64,000 nucleotides of DNA from an uncultured Methanosarcinales archaeon (GCA_964392465.1 CAYMPC010000001.1:5481-69480), one strand, 5' to 3'. Shown: positions 9,514-18,882, numbered from the stretch's first letter. Notes: a model not told the origin generated them from the letters alone. A program made the numbers and translations.

Positions 9514-10203
9514 ATGGTTTATAACGTAAAAATAATTGATATAAAAAAAGAGTTGGAAGATACATCAACCTTTTTTTTGGAAAAACCTAAAGGATTTACT
9601 TATGTAGCGGGCCAATATGGGATTTTTGAGCATAAGATAGCCGAAGAGATAATTAGAAGATCTTATTCTTTTTCTTCCTCTCCTACAGAAGACCATTTGG
9701 CAATAACAGTTAGATATATTCCTAATGGTAAAATGACAACTTACCTCTTTGGGTTATCAAAAGGCGACATTCTCACTTTTAATGGTGCATTTGGAAAGTT
9801 TACACTTGAAAATCAACAGAAAGTAGTTCTTATAGGGGGAGGTTCAGGCGTTACTCCTTTTAGAGCAATGGCTAAATATGCAATTGATATGAACCTTACT
9901 ACAGAAATAGTTCTTATTTATGGCGCAAGATCTCCCAGAGAAATATTGTTTGATAAGGAATTCCAATCTTTTTTATCGCATACAAACTTTAAATTATTTC
10001 TAACAGTTGACAAACCAGATTCAACATGGAAATATCATACTGGTTTTGTTAATGCAGACTTTATAAAAGAAGCAACAAAAAACGAACTTTTTGACAAAAC
10101 TTATTTTTTATGCGGCCCACCTATTATGCTTACTTCTATTCAAGAAGCTATTATGAAATTAGGTGTCCATGAAGAAAAAATCATATTAGACGCTTGGGGT
10201 TAA
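9514..10203 (+). CDS. FAD/NAD(P)-binding oxidoreductase, ferredoxin-NADP reductase fold (sulfhydrogenase gamma / PyrK-like, lacking the C-terminal Fe-S Cys motif)
   Basis: FAD motif RRSYSFSS, NAD(P) motif LIGGGSGVTPF, C-terminal CGPP. Confidence 0.7.
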   Translation: MVYNVKIIDIKKELEDTSTFFLEKPKGFTYVAGQYGIFEHKIAEEIIRRSYSFSSSPTEDHLAITVRYIPNGKMTTYLFGLSKGDILTFNGAFGKFTLENQQKVVLIGGGSGVTPFRAMAKYAIDMNLTTEIVLIYGARSPREILFDKEFQSFLSHTNFKLFLTVDKPDSTWKYHTGFVNADFIKEATKNELFDKTYFLCGPPIMLTSIQEAIMKLGVHEEKIILDAWG

Positions 10204-10246
10204 TTTATCTTTTTTCTTGTTTCTTTTGTAGTTAATTTTTTCAATA

Positions 10247-10320
10247 GGCATTATAATGCCCATTATAACGCATTATAATACGCATTATATAATGTTATAA
10301 TGCCCATTATAACAATTATT
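10247..10320. repeat. array of about 6 CATTATAA(T/C) units including a perfect 14-bp palindrome GGCATTATAATGCC
   Basis: Read directly: ggcattataatgcc cattataacg cattataatacg cattatataatg ttataatgcc cattataac. Lies between convergent genes. Confidence 0.6.
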
Positions 10321-10337
10321 TAATAGACGAGAAAGGA

Positions 10338-11051
10338 CTATCTTATATTAAAAAGGGTCTTAACCATCTCAGAATTTTTTATACTAAAAACTTTCGCTCC
10401 ATTCGGAGCAACAAATTCTTCAATTATAGGTTTTTTAACTTTAAGGGCGTTCATGTAGACCCTTACACTATTAATAGATTTATTCAGCTTTAAAGCAATC
10501 TGATCATATGTTAATGGTTTACTCTCGTTAAAAAGTAACGTTAAAAGCTCTCTTTCTGGATTTGTTAATACATAACTATCTTTCTCACTAACTTCAACAA
10601 CTTTTTCAATACTTTTTTGATTTGAGGTATCAAGCTGTTTTTTAATCTCAGATTTTAGTTCTTCAATAACCTCTTCCTTCAAAGATTCTTTGCTTTTTTC
10701 AGCTTCCTTAAGTTTAAAAGTGAGATATTCTTCAAGTATTTTATGATAGCTCTCAAAATCTTCCCTTAATTTTTTCCTAAAAGAACGCCTTAATTCATTT
10801 ATTTCCTCCTTCAAACCAGTATTGCTACTATTAAGATACTCGATCCACGTAGAAATATTCTTTATTTGCTCTATAATTTCTCTTTTGTGCCTTATATTGC
10901 TCTCTTCTATTGATGAAGTATAAGAATGAAGATTTTTGCTGTATAAATGAAGATGATTTAACCTGTCTTGTTGTTTTATCATTTCTTTTTTCAAAGGAGA
11001 AAGATCTATGTTTGCTGCCTCTTTTTTGAAAAAACTATCTAAAACACCCAT
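10338..11051 (-). CDS. coiled-coil protein with C-terminal winged-HTH (TrmB/MarR-like)
   Basis: Long heptad-rich charged region, then LTNPERELLTLLFNESKPLTYDQIALKLNKSINSVRVYMNALKVKKPI. Start set to ATG 11051. The upstream TTTATAAT box fits better than the track's 11114. Confidence 0.5.
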   Translation of the reverse strand: MGVLDSFFKKEAANIDLSPLKKEMIKQQDRLNHLHLYSKNLHSYTSSIEESNIRHKREIIEQIKNISTWIEYLNSSNTGLKEEINELRRSFRKKLREDFESYHKILEEYLTFKLKEAEKSKESLKEEVIEELKSEIKKQLDTSNQKSIEKVVEVSEKDSYVLTNPERELLTLLFNESKPLTYDQIALKLNKSINSVRVYMNALKVKKPIIEEFVAPNGAKVFSIKNSEMVKTLFNIR

Positions 11052-11141
11052 CTTGAATATAAAAAGTGACTTTTTCTTTATAATCTTTTCTGATTTTTTT
11101 AAATTTTTTATCAAAAAATAAAAAACATTTAATATTATTCC

Positions 11142-11843
11142 TTGTTTTTATTTATAAAAATGGGCAAGAACAGGAGTTTTATTGTAATACCTGCTTACAA
11201 TGAAGAAAAAAAAATATTTCAGGTATTAGTTGACTTAAAAAAAAAAGGATATAATAATATAATAGTAGTAGATGATGGTTCTTCAGATAAAACAATCGAA
11301 ATTGCAAAAAAAACAGGAGTCTATGTTTTAGAACATATAATTAATAGGGGTCAAGGAGCTTCATTAAAGACAGGAATAGATTTTGCTTTGCAAAAAGGAG
11401 CAGAGATAATTGTTACTTTTGATGCAGATGGGCAGTTTTTAGCAGAAGAAATATCAAATGTAACAGAACCGATAATAAAAAAAGAGGTAGACATCGTTTT
11501 AGGTTCAAGATTTTTAGGAAAGGCAATAAATATTCCTTTTCTAAAAAAAATAGTTTTGAAATTAGGCGTTTTTGTCGTATACTTATTATATGGCATAAAA
11601 ATAACAGATTCACAAAGTGGGTTCAGGGCATTGTCTAGGCATGCAGCAGATAGAATAAGTATTACAGCAGACAGGATGGAACATGCAGGAGAAATTTTTT
11701 CAGAAATAATGAGAAATAATCTTAAATACAAAGAAATACCTATTACAGTTATATACGATAAATATAGCATAACTAAAGGCCAGGAATGGGACAGAAGTTT
11801 TGTCCTAGGGATAAAAATGCTTTTAAAAAGATTTATTAGATAA
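11142..11843 (+). CDS. family-2 glycosyltransferase (GT-A fold)
   Basis: SFIVIPAYNEE...VVDDGSSDKT...FDADGQ (DxD) motifs. Possible alternative start at 11160. Confidence 0.75.
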   Translation: MFLFIKMGKNRSFIVIPAYNEEKKIFQVLVDLKKKGYNNIIVVDDGSSDKTIEIAKKTGVYVLEHIINRGQGASLKTGIDFALQKGAEIIVTFDADGQFLAEEISNVTEPIIKKEVDIVLGSRFLGKAINIPFLKKIVLKLGVFVVYLLYGIKITDSQSGFRALSRHAADRISITADRMEHAGEIFSEIMRNNLKYKEIPITVIYDKYSITKGQEWDRSFVLGIKMLLKRFIR

Positions 11844-11856
11844 GGGAGATGTAAAA

Positions 11857-12192
11857 ATGATAACACCAATTCAAATCATGGCGGTTGTTTTTGTAACTTT
11901 TGCTGCAAGTAGGGCAGTTCTTAGAGCAAAGGATAAAAAAATTAATATGATAGAATTATTATTTTGGCTTGGGATATGGGGAGGTTTGATTTTTGTTGTT
12001 TTCTTTCCAAGTGTAATAAGTTACATTGCAAATCTTCTCGGTATAGGAAGGGGTATTGATGTTATTGTATATACCAGCATAGGCCTGCTCTTTTACTTGA
12101 TATTCAGATTATACGTAAAGTTAGAAGAGTCTGAGAGAGAAATCACAAAAGTAGTAAGGGAAATCTCTTTCATCAATAAAAAGAGAAAATGA
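11857..12192 (+). CDS. small membrane protein, DUF2304-like (GT2-associated)
   Basis: Three predicted TM helices. This small membrane-protein type commonly follows GT2 genes. Overlaps the next gene by 4 nt. Confidence 0.4.
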   Translation: MITPIQIMAVVFVTFAASRAVLRAKDKKINMIELLFWLGIWGGLIFVVFFPSVISYIANLLGIGRGIDVIVYTSIGLLFYLIFRLYVKLEESEREITKVVREISFINKKRK

Positions 12193-13334
12193 ACATACTC
12201 TTAATAACAGAATATTTTCCAGAAAAAGATAATTCTGATATTTCAGGGGGAGTTGAATCCAGAGCATATAATATAGCTAAAAATCTTGCAAAAAAACACG
12301 ATATTACTATTTTAACGTCATGGAGAAAAGGGCTAAAAAGAAAGGAAATTTTTTCTGGATTCAAAGTACTTAGAGTTGGTCCAAATCACGAATATACTAA
12401 TCAGGCAGGGTTCTTTTCAAGGATTAATCTTGCTTCTGCTTTAGTAGAAGAAGGGATAAAGCAAAAAAACATAGATATAATCGATTCTTATAATTTTACA
12501 ACATATTTACCAGCATATAAAATAGCAAAAAAACTGAAAAAACCAGTTATAGCTACATATCATGAAACATGGATAGGAAATTGGGTAAAAAACAAAGGAA
12601 TAATAACAGGGATACCCTATGAATTATATGAAAGGCTCCTTTTATTCCTGAATTTTGATTTGTATATTAGTGTAAGTAACTTTACGAAAGATAGGCTTAT
12701 AAAAAACAGGATAAAAAAAGAGAAAATAATTGTAATCCCTAATGGCGTCGATTTAAAAAAATTGAAAAGAACAGATGCAAAAAAGGAAAAACAGCCCACT
12801 TTATGTTTTATAGGCAGATTGGTCGAGACAAAGAGAGTTGATATATTAATAAGGGCAATTAAACAAGTCAAGTCAACAATTCCCAATATTCAATGTAATA
12901 TAATAGGAAAAGGGAAGGAATTGTCAAAATTAAAACAACTTACTTCTGATCTAGATTTACAGGAGAACATACATTTCTTAGGATTTATTGAGAAGAATGA
13001 AGATGTCATGGGGATTTTGAAATCGGCTCATGTTTTTTGTCATCCTAGCATACTTGAAGGATTTGGAATTATACTTTTAGAAGCAATGGCTTTAGAAGTT
13101 CCTTATGTCTGTTCAGACATTCTGCCTTTTAGAGAAGCGACACAAAACGGGAAAGGCGGATTTTTATTTAAATCAAAAGATTATAAAGAGATGGCAGAAA
13201 AGATTATTGTTTTACTGGAAAACAAAGAATTATACAATGAAAAGAGAGAAGAAGAAAAACAGAATATAATTCAATTTGATTGGGAACTCATTACTAATCA
13301 AATAGAAAAGGCATACATTAATCTAATTGAATAA
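12189..13334 (+). CDS. family-4 (GT-B) glycosyltransferase
   Basis: C-terminal EGFGIILLEAMALEVPYVCSD (E-x7-E motif) and a GRLVETKRVD region. Confidence 0.8.
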   Translation: MNILLITEYFPEKDNSDISGGVESRAYNIAKNLAKKHDITILTSWRKGLKRKEIFSGFKVLRVGPNHEYTNQAGFFSRINLASALVEEGIKQKNIDIIDSYNFTTYLPAYKIAKKLKKPVIATYHETWIGNWVKNKGIITGIPYELYERLLLFLNFDLYISVSNFTKDRLIKNRIKKEKIIVIPNGVDLKKLKRTDAKKEKQPTLCFIGRLVETKRVDILIRAIKQVKSTIPNIQCNIIGKGKELSKLKQLTSDLDLQENIHFLGFIEKNEDVMGILKSAHVFCHPSILEGFGIILLEAMALEVPYVCSDILPFREATQNGKGGFLFKSKDYKEMAEKIIVLLENKELYNEKREEEKQNIIQFDWELITNQIEKAYINLIE

Positions 13335-13386
13335 TTGTATAAGTTCATAAGTCATCTTTATATAACCTGACAGTTTCTTAAGGCAT

Positions 13387-14079
13387 ATGGATAGGATAAT
13401 TCTTCTCCCAAATAATGAAGTTATTGAATCATTAATCAAAGAATATAGTTCTGGTTATGTTACTGGGATATATGGGAACGCGGCTTCCGGAAAAACAACT
13501 TCTTGTCTTTTAGCAGCAATAGAAGCAGCAAAGACAAAAAAAGTTATTTTTGTTGACACAGAGACAAGCTTTAGCACAGATAGATTAAAGCAAATGGATA
13601 AAGAGAACTTTGAAAAAATTCTTGAAAATATATTCTTGCTGCAGCCAAAATCATTTGAAGAACAACATGAAACAATCTTAAAATTACACAGCCTGTGCGA
13701 CAATGATAAAATTTCTCTTGTAATCGTTGATACAATTGGCAATCATTACAGGGTTGCAATAAAAGAAAACCCACAACATATAAATACGATGATGGCACAG
13801 CAAGTTCAGACATTGATAAGGATAGCCAGAGATATGAATAAAGTGGTTCTTATTACAAATCAAGTGGTTAGTAGGATGAATTCAAAAGATGAGATAGACA
13901 TGGTTGGCGGAAAATTAATCTCAAACATGTGCAGATGCATCATTGAATTGAATAAGAAAGAGCCTAAGAGATATGCAACACTCATTAAATACAAGATGGA
14001 AGACGAAAGCATAACTAGCCCAAACAAAGGAAAAAAAGTTGAATTTGAAATAACGGAAAAAGGTCTTTTTTTATGCTAA
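13387..14079 (+). CDS. radB: RadB-like recombinase paralog (RecA/RadA core without the N-terminal HhH domain)
   Basis: Walker A GNAASGKTT, Walker B LVIVDTIG, about 230 aa. Confidence 0.65.
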   Translation: MDRIILLPNNEVIESLIKEYSSGYVTGIYGNAASGKTTSCLLAAIEAAKTKKVIFVDTETSFSTDRLKQMDKENFEKILENIFLLQPKSFEEQHETILKLHSLCDNDKISLVIVDTIGNHYRVAIKENPQHINTMMAQQVQTLIRIARDMNKVVLITNQVVSRMNSKDEIDMVGGKLISNMCRCIIELNKKEPKRYATLIKYKMEDESITSPNKGKKVEFEITEKGLFLC

Positions 14080-14112
14080 AATAGTTTTTGATATAAAACC
14101 TATTTTTTCAAA

Positions 14113-14955
14113 CTATAATTTATTTGCAGTTAATCCATTAAAGACTCTATTTACGTTTTTGAAACCTGCTTTTTGCATTCTAGTAATAATTCCTATTCTA
14201 ATGTCTAAACCCCTTTTACTCCCAGGATCTCCTGTATAATGAAATATTTTCCCCCCCTTTTTTAATATCCTAAATAACTCATTATAAAACTCTTGTGAGT
14301 AAAGCATGGTTGACAGCGCTTGCCTAGGAGGATCATGTATTATCTTGTCAAAATAATAAGCCTTAAATTTTTTTACTTCTTCAAAAGAATCCCCAATAAT
14401 TCTTTTAATTTTACTGTTTTCAAAAAGTTCTCTTGAATACGGATTAATCTTTTCAATCTCTATTACGTTTTTGTCTTTTTCTATTGTGAATACCAAGTCT
14501 GCTGTTTTTGATGCCATAATTGCAGTATAACCCAAACCAGTACAAGTGTCAAGAACAACACCCACACATGGATTAATATAAGATATTTTTTCTTTAGTGT
14601 CTTCTTTTGGAGAATACCTCTTTGTAACATGCATTCTTATTCCAGATATCTCTAAGGTTGGCCATTTATCTAATCCAGTAGGAACTAATTTGTAAAAATT
14701 ATTTGTTTCCTCTGAAAAAATAGAAACAGGTAATATAGTGTTTTTTTCTATAGAAAAGCACATGGTATCTTTTTTAATTATCTTTTTTATATCCTCAAGA
14801 AAAATTATTTCCTTCTCCTGAAAAAAAAATTTATCTTCTTTAATCTTAACCCTTTCCTTTGTTATACCAAGATTTAAAGAGACATCGACATCACTAATTT
14901 TTTTAAGATATGCATCTAGTAAGGTTTTTGCTTGATAAGCAGAAATTAATAACAT
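14113..14955 (-). CDS. class I SAM-dependent methyltransferase (D-P-P-R motif; putative RNA N-methyltransferase)
   Basis: Motif I VLDTCTGLGYTAI and motif IV IIHDPPR. The N-terminal roughly 130-aa extra domain may bind RNA. Confidence 0.5.
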   Translation of the reverse strand: MLLISAYQAKTLLDAYLKKISDVDVSLNLGITKERVKIKEDKFFFQEKEIIFLEDIKKIIKKDTMCFSIEKNTILPVSIFSEETNNFYKLVPTGLDKWPTLEISGIRMHVTKRYSPKEDTKEKISYINPCVGVVLDTCTGLGYTAIMASKTADLVFTIEKDKNVIEIEKINPYSRELFENSKIKRIIGDSFEEVKKFKAYYFDKIIHDPPRQALSTMLYSQEFYNELFRILKKGGKIFHYTGDPGSKRGLDIRIGIITRMQKAGFKNVNRVFNGLTANKL

Positions 14956-14986
14956 AATAACATAGAAAAAAAGAAGAAATAAAAAC

Positions 14987-15580
14987 TTATTCTACCATGA
15001 ATTCTTCCATGCTGATTTTTAAGTCTTTTTCATCATGTCCTTTAAATTTCATATACTCTCTGGCTACAATATAGAACAAAAGACCAAGGCTCTTCTTTCC
15101 TTTATTATTGCATGGAACAACAAGATCAACATTATTTGCTTGGTTATTTGTATCACATAAGGCAATAACAGGTATACCAATTTTTAATGCATCCTGAACA
15201 ACATTCCTATCAGGCCAGGCATCTGTAACAACAACAATTTTTGCTTCAATATATGTTTTTAAGTTAGGATTGGTTAATGCTCCAGGAGGATATCTTCCGG
15301 CATAATACTTGCAACCAATTGCTTTCCCAAATAATTTAACAGGCAACCATCCATTTTCCCTTCTACTAACAACAAGAATCTCATGTGGCTCATATTTTGA
15401 AAGCATGTTTGCCATCAATCTTATTCTTTCATCTATCTTTTGCACATTTAAAACAGATAATCCATCTGCTCTTGTTTTATATATAAAGTTCTCCATAAAT
15501 TTAGATTTAAATTTTGTTCCTATATGTATTCCTGCCTTAAGATAAACATCATTTGGCACTAGTAGACTTTCTTCATTCAT
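14987..15580 (-). CDS. rps2: 30S ribosomal protein S2 (uS2)
   Basis: Archaeal uS2 signature throughout (LLVPNDVYLKAGIHIGT...VVVTDAWPDRNVVQDALKIGIPVIALCDTN). Confidence 0.85.
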   Translation of the reverse strand: MNEESLLVPNDVYLKAGIHIGTKFKSKFMENFIYKTRADGLSVLNVQKIDERIRLMANMLSKYEPHEILVVSRRENGWLPVKLFGKAIGCKYYAGRYPPGALTNPNLKTYIEAKIVVVTDAWPDRNVVQDALKIGIPVIALCDTNNQANNVDLVVPCNNKGKKSLGLLFYIVAREYMKFKGHDEKDLKISMEEFMVE

Positions 15581-15764
15581 TTTTTCACCTTTATTATTAG
15601 TTCTTATTTGTTTTAACCTTCTATTTTGACAGTAAAGACAAGAAGACTTTACTGCTTTTTTATCGCCTCAGCAGTTATACAGAGCCCTTTAATTTTTTTT
15701 AAAGATTAAAGCTAATCTTCTGTATTCGGCAATAATGCAAAGGAGATATGATATATTTATAAAA

Positions 15765-17489
15765 CTATCTGCTTTTTTTCTTTCCTTTGGAGATAATAAA
15801 ACCAATTAATACACCCATAAATAAACCACCAAGAAAAAACAAAAAATATTCTCTTTTAAGTTTAGGCAGAGGAATTTTGCTTTTTTCAAAATAAATATCA
15901 AGGCTTCCTAACTCAAGCGCATATTCTAAATAAAGAATGCCAGAATACTTGTCGTTCTTTTTGAGAGAGTTGGCATATTCATAATAACTATATGCAAGAA
16001 TCGGAAAAACATCTCTCTTGTTTTGTTTTGCAATAACATTCTTAACACTTTTACTTCTGTCCTCAATAAAAGTATCTAGTTCATCTATTTCTATTGCCAT
16101 TGTATTAAGAACAGTATTTATTTTTGCCTTAGCTATACTAGATTTAAAAAGACAAAGCTCTGGTTCTCCGTTATTATAATCATCATAAGATTCTTTTATG
16201 GCTTTTTTAATATCTTCTGTTCCAGTTGGAAGATATAATTCAATATATTGTACTCTCTCTTCAACTTCAGATATTTTTTTAAGGCAAGAGTCATCTAAAG
16301 CACTTTTACTTAACGTATAAGTTCTTCCTGGCTTATCAAAGAAAATAGCCCAAGATCTCGCACTGTTAAGTCTTTCAATTCCATAAGCTAAATTATAAAG
16401 GCTTGCATTTGTATTATTTGTTGCAATGCTGAAAAGAGCATCGTTTAGTCTTTCCTTAGCTTCAGACAATCTATCTGTGACTACCATATAAGTTTCTAAA
16501 TCTGTAATGGTTTTCAACTTTTTGTTACTGCTAAAATTTTTATATTCATTTACCCTATCAATAGTTCCAATAATTGTCTCTTTTATTTTATCTTCATCTA
16601 ATTTTTCCTTTAATAATCTGCTATATTGTGAATTTAGTGCTGAACCAAAACAATAACTAGCAGCACTATAATATTCGCTTATGTTCAAGGAATTTTCTCC
16701 TTTCTTTAAGTATTCAAAGGACATATTAACATTTATTTCAGTATTAATGTCTGAACTAGTAATATTTACCTCATAAAAAAGCATTTCTGCTCTTTTACAC
16801 ATTTCCTTTGAAATATACCCCATTGTTTCTATATACGATTCACTTATATTGATATTCTCTTCTCTTGTGAATTTTTTTCCTGTTATTTCCTCAAGAGCCT
16901 CCTCAATTTGAGAAACTTCAACAATTTTTAGGCTGTAATTATTTTCATATTCACTGATGTTAGATTCATTCAACCCACTATATTTAGGGATTAGGATTTT
17001 TTGAATTCCTACTTCTGCAGCAGCTCCAATTTTAGGTAATACTCCGCCAACAGGACCTATTATTCCGCCTGTATTTATTGTTCCAGTCATTGTTGTTTTT
17101 GGATCTATTGGTAAATCTTCTAAAACAGAGATGGTTAATACGGCAATAGCAGCTCCGGCACTTGGTCCGCCAACAATGGCACTATTAGCTCTTATTGTGT
17201 AAAAAAAGTCATAACTATTACAGTCTCTTTCCAAAAAATTGCAGGCAACCTCTTTTGCAAACCTTGTTGAAATTTGCGTATCTATCTTTGATAAGGGAAA
17301 AGAATCTATAAATACTCTTCCAGTGCCTTCTTTTATTTCAAGATATAAATCAGCAATACTCCCTTTTTGATTTTCGTCTTCTCCTGATACCGCAAGAAGT
17401 TTTATGCTACCTGTTTTATCTGCATATGTAGAAGAAATAAATAATAAAAAAAACAACAAAACCAAAACATAACTTTTCTTCATAAACAA
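15765..17489 (-). CDS. secreted/membrane-anchored Lon-protease-domain (S16) protein lacking an AAA+ module
   Basis: Signal peptide. Lon proteolytic-domain motif SAIVGGPSAGAAIAV (catalytic Ser) and IGPVGGVLPKIGAAAEVGIQKILIPK (Lys region). A roughly 380-aa unknown domain and a C-terminal TM helix follow. Confidence 0.6.
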   Translation of the reverse strand: MFMKKSYVLVLLFFLLFISSTYADKTGSIKLLAVSGEDENQKGSIADLYLEIKEGTGRVFIDSFPLSKIDTQISTRFAKEVACNFLERDCNSYDFFYTIRANSAIVGGPSAGAAIAVLTISVLEDLPIDPKTTMTGTINTGGIIGPVGGVLPKIGAAAEVGIQKILIPKYSGLNESNISEYENNYSLKIVEVSQIEEALEEITGKKFTREENINISESYIETMGYISKEMCKRAEMLFYEVNITSSDINTEINVNMSFEYLKKGENSLNISEYYSAASYCFGSALNSQYSRLLKEKLDEDKIKETIIGTIDRVNEYKNFSSNKKLKTITDLETYMVVTDRLSEAKERLNDALFSIATNNTNASLYNLAYGIERLNSARSWAIFFDKPGRTYTLSKSALDDSCLKKISEVEERVQYIELYLPTGTEDIKKAIKESYDDYNNGEPELCLFKSSIAKAKINTVLNTMAIEIDELDTFIEDRSKSVKNVIAKQNKRDVFPILAYSYYEYANSLKKNDKYSGILYLEYALELGSLDIYFEKSKIPLPKLKREYFLFFLGGLFMGVLIGFIISKGKKKSR

Positions 17490-17590
17490 AACAAAGAAAA
17501 AAGAAGTATTTAATCTTTTGGTTTAACTGCTAAAAGTATGAAAGATAAACTTATTAAACACAGGTATTTACCTCTTTTTTGGGTGGTACA

Positions 17591-18238
17591 ATGAAACTTT
17601 TTGTTGATTCTGCGGATATTCAAAAAATAAAAGAGATGGTTGAATTAGGTTTATGTGAGGGAGTTACAACAAATCCAAGTCTAATAAAACAGGCAGGAAA
17701 GGATCATGAAAAAACAATAAAGGAGATAAGTTCTATTATAAATGGTCCAATAAGTGTTGAAACTTTAAGTACAGATGCAGAGGGGATGATAGATGAAGCA
17801 GAAGAATATGTTAAATGGGGCAAAAATATAGTGATAAAAATAGTAATGACCCAAGAAGGAATGAAAGCAGTGAAAGCATTAACAAAAAAAAACATAAAAA
17901 CAAATGTGACATTGGTCTTTACTCCTTTACAAGCATTAATTGCAGCTAAAGCAGGAGCAACTTATGTCAGTCCTTTTTTAGGCAGATTAGATGATTCAGG
18001 TAAATCAGGAATAGAAGTTTTAAAACAAATCAAACAGATTTTTGAGAATTATAAAGTAGAAACGAAGATTATTGCAGCAAGCATAAGAAACATAGACCAT
18101 CTTATCAACGCAGCACTATTAGGTGTAGATTGTGCCACAGTTCCTCCAGCAATATTATCAGAATCTCTAAAACATCCGCTTACAGAAGCAGGTATAAACA
18201 AATTTTTAGAAGATTCAAAAAACTGGAAGAAGGAATAA
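17591..18238 (+). CDS. tal: transaldolase / fructose-6-phosphate aldolase (short Tal/FSA type)
   Basis: MKLFVDSAD...GVTTNPSL...PFLGRLDD and the active-site Lys region. The track ORF begins at an upstream GTG. Confidence 0.85.
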   Translation: MKLFVDSADIQKIKEMVELGLCEGVTTNPSLIKQAGKDHEKTIKEISSIINGPISVETLSTDAEGMIDEAEEYVKWGKNIVIKIVMTQEGMKAVKALTKKNIKTNVTLVFTPLQALIAAKAGATYVSPFLGRLDDSGKSGIEVLKQIKQIFENYKVETKIIAASIRNIDHLINAALLGVDCATVPPAILSESLKHPLTEAGINKFLEDSKNWKKE

Positions 18239-18250
18239 AAATAACAAAAA

Positions 18251-18556
18251 GCGTAGAGCAGATATAAGCCACCTTTTGTAGGACTCAACATTTCTATTGG
18301 CAGTCCTCCTTAACATTCAACTATGCCCCATTATGGGTTGCACAAGCTAGGACTCACCGTTTCATCCTTCCCCTGAAAAATGTCAAAAAGTTATCTCAGC
18401 TTTGTCGCCAAAGCGTTCTTTTTTATCATCCTCTTTCAGGGAGGTCTCGTTTCTGAGTGGTTGCCATCCTTTTCAGGATCTTACTTCCGTAAGTAGCTAC
18501 AATAGTGGGTGGACTTTCCTCAGACTTACGCCCGGAAGTTAAGCTCTGCCCTACAA
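18251..18556 (-). ncRNA. rnpB: RNase P RNA (archaeal type-A-like)
   Basis: GC-rich island in AT-rich DNA. The minus strand reads ...GAGGAAAGUCCACC... (P4 5' strand) and ...ACAAAAGGUGGCUUAUA... (P4 3' strand). These pair with the same 1-nt bulge seen in bacterial P4. AGGAUGAAACGGUGAGUCC resembles the P10-P12 'GGGUGAAACGGUG' element. Terminal P1 pairing is present. Confidence 0.75.
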
Positions 18557-18609
18557 CAAGAAGCAAATCTACTTTATTTTAAAAAACTATTTGTGTTATA
18601 CATTTATAG

Positions 18610-18882
18610 CTATTTTTTGTATATCTCTTTTTCCAGTTGCCTAATTTTAATCAATTTTTTTATATTAGAAATACCCATATACATAAAATAAGATAAGGGG
18701 ATCATTAAAGCAAGAAGAGTAAAACTCGGGGAATAAGGAAAATCTAAAACAACTGTTCCCAAAACATAAATTAATTCAACAATAAAAGTTAAAGCCACAG
18801 ATTCAATCGCTAAAATCATCCTCTCTTTTCTGAGCTGATCTATTTGAAATTTTATCATCTCTGATTTTATATCTGTTTTCAT
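18610..18882 (-). CDS. small hypothetical membrane protein
   Basis: 90 aa with two hydrophobic helices. No known motif. Confidence 0.3.
   Translation of the reverse strand: MKTDIKSEMIKFQIDQLRKERMILAIESVALTFIVELIYVLGTVVLDFPYSPSFTLLALMIPLSYFMYMGISNIKKLIKIRQLEKEIYKK

Noticed and set aside
10247-10320. Short repeat array considered as CRISPR
   Set aside because: Units are 8-14 bp with 2-4 bp between them, there are no unique spacers, and there are no cas genes in the window. It fits an operator/binding-site array instead.
11351-11869. 172-aa minus-strand ORF and nested 66-aa ORF
   Set aside because: Antisense to the GT2 gene with clear catalytic motifs. Hydrophobic Leu/Ile/Phe-rich artefact of AT-rich DNA.
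18509-18691. 60-aa plus-strand ORF
   Set aside because: It lies inside or adjacent to the RNase P RNA locus, is low-complexity hydrophobic, and is most likely a spurious ORF in the AT-rich spacer.
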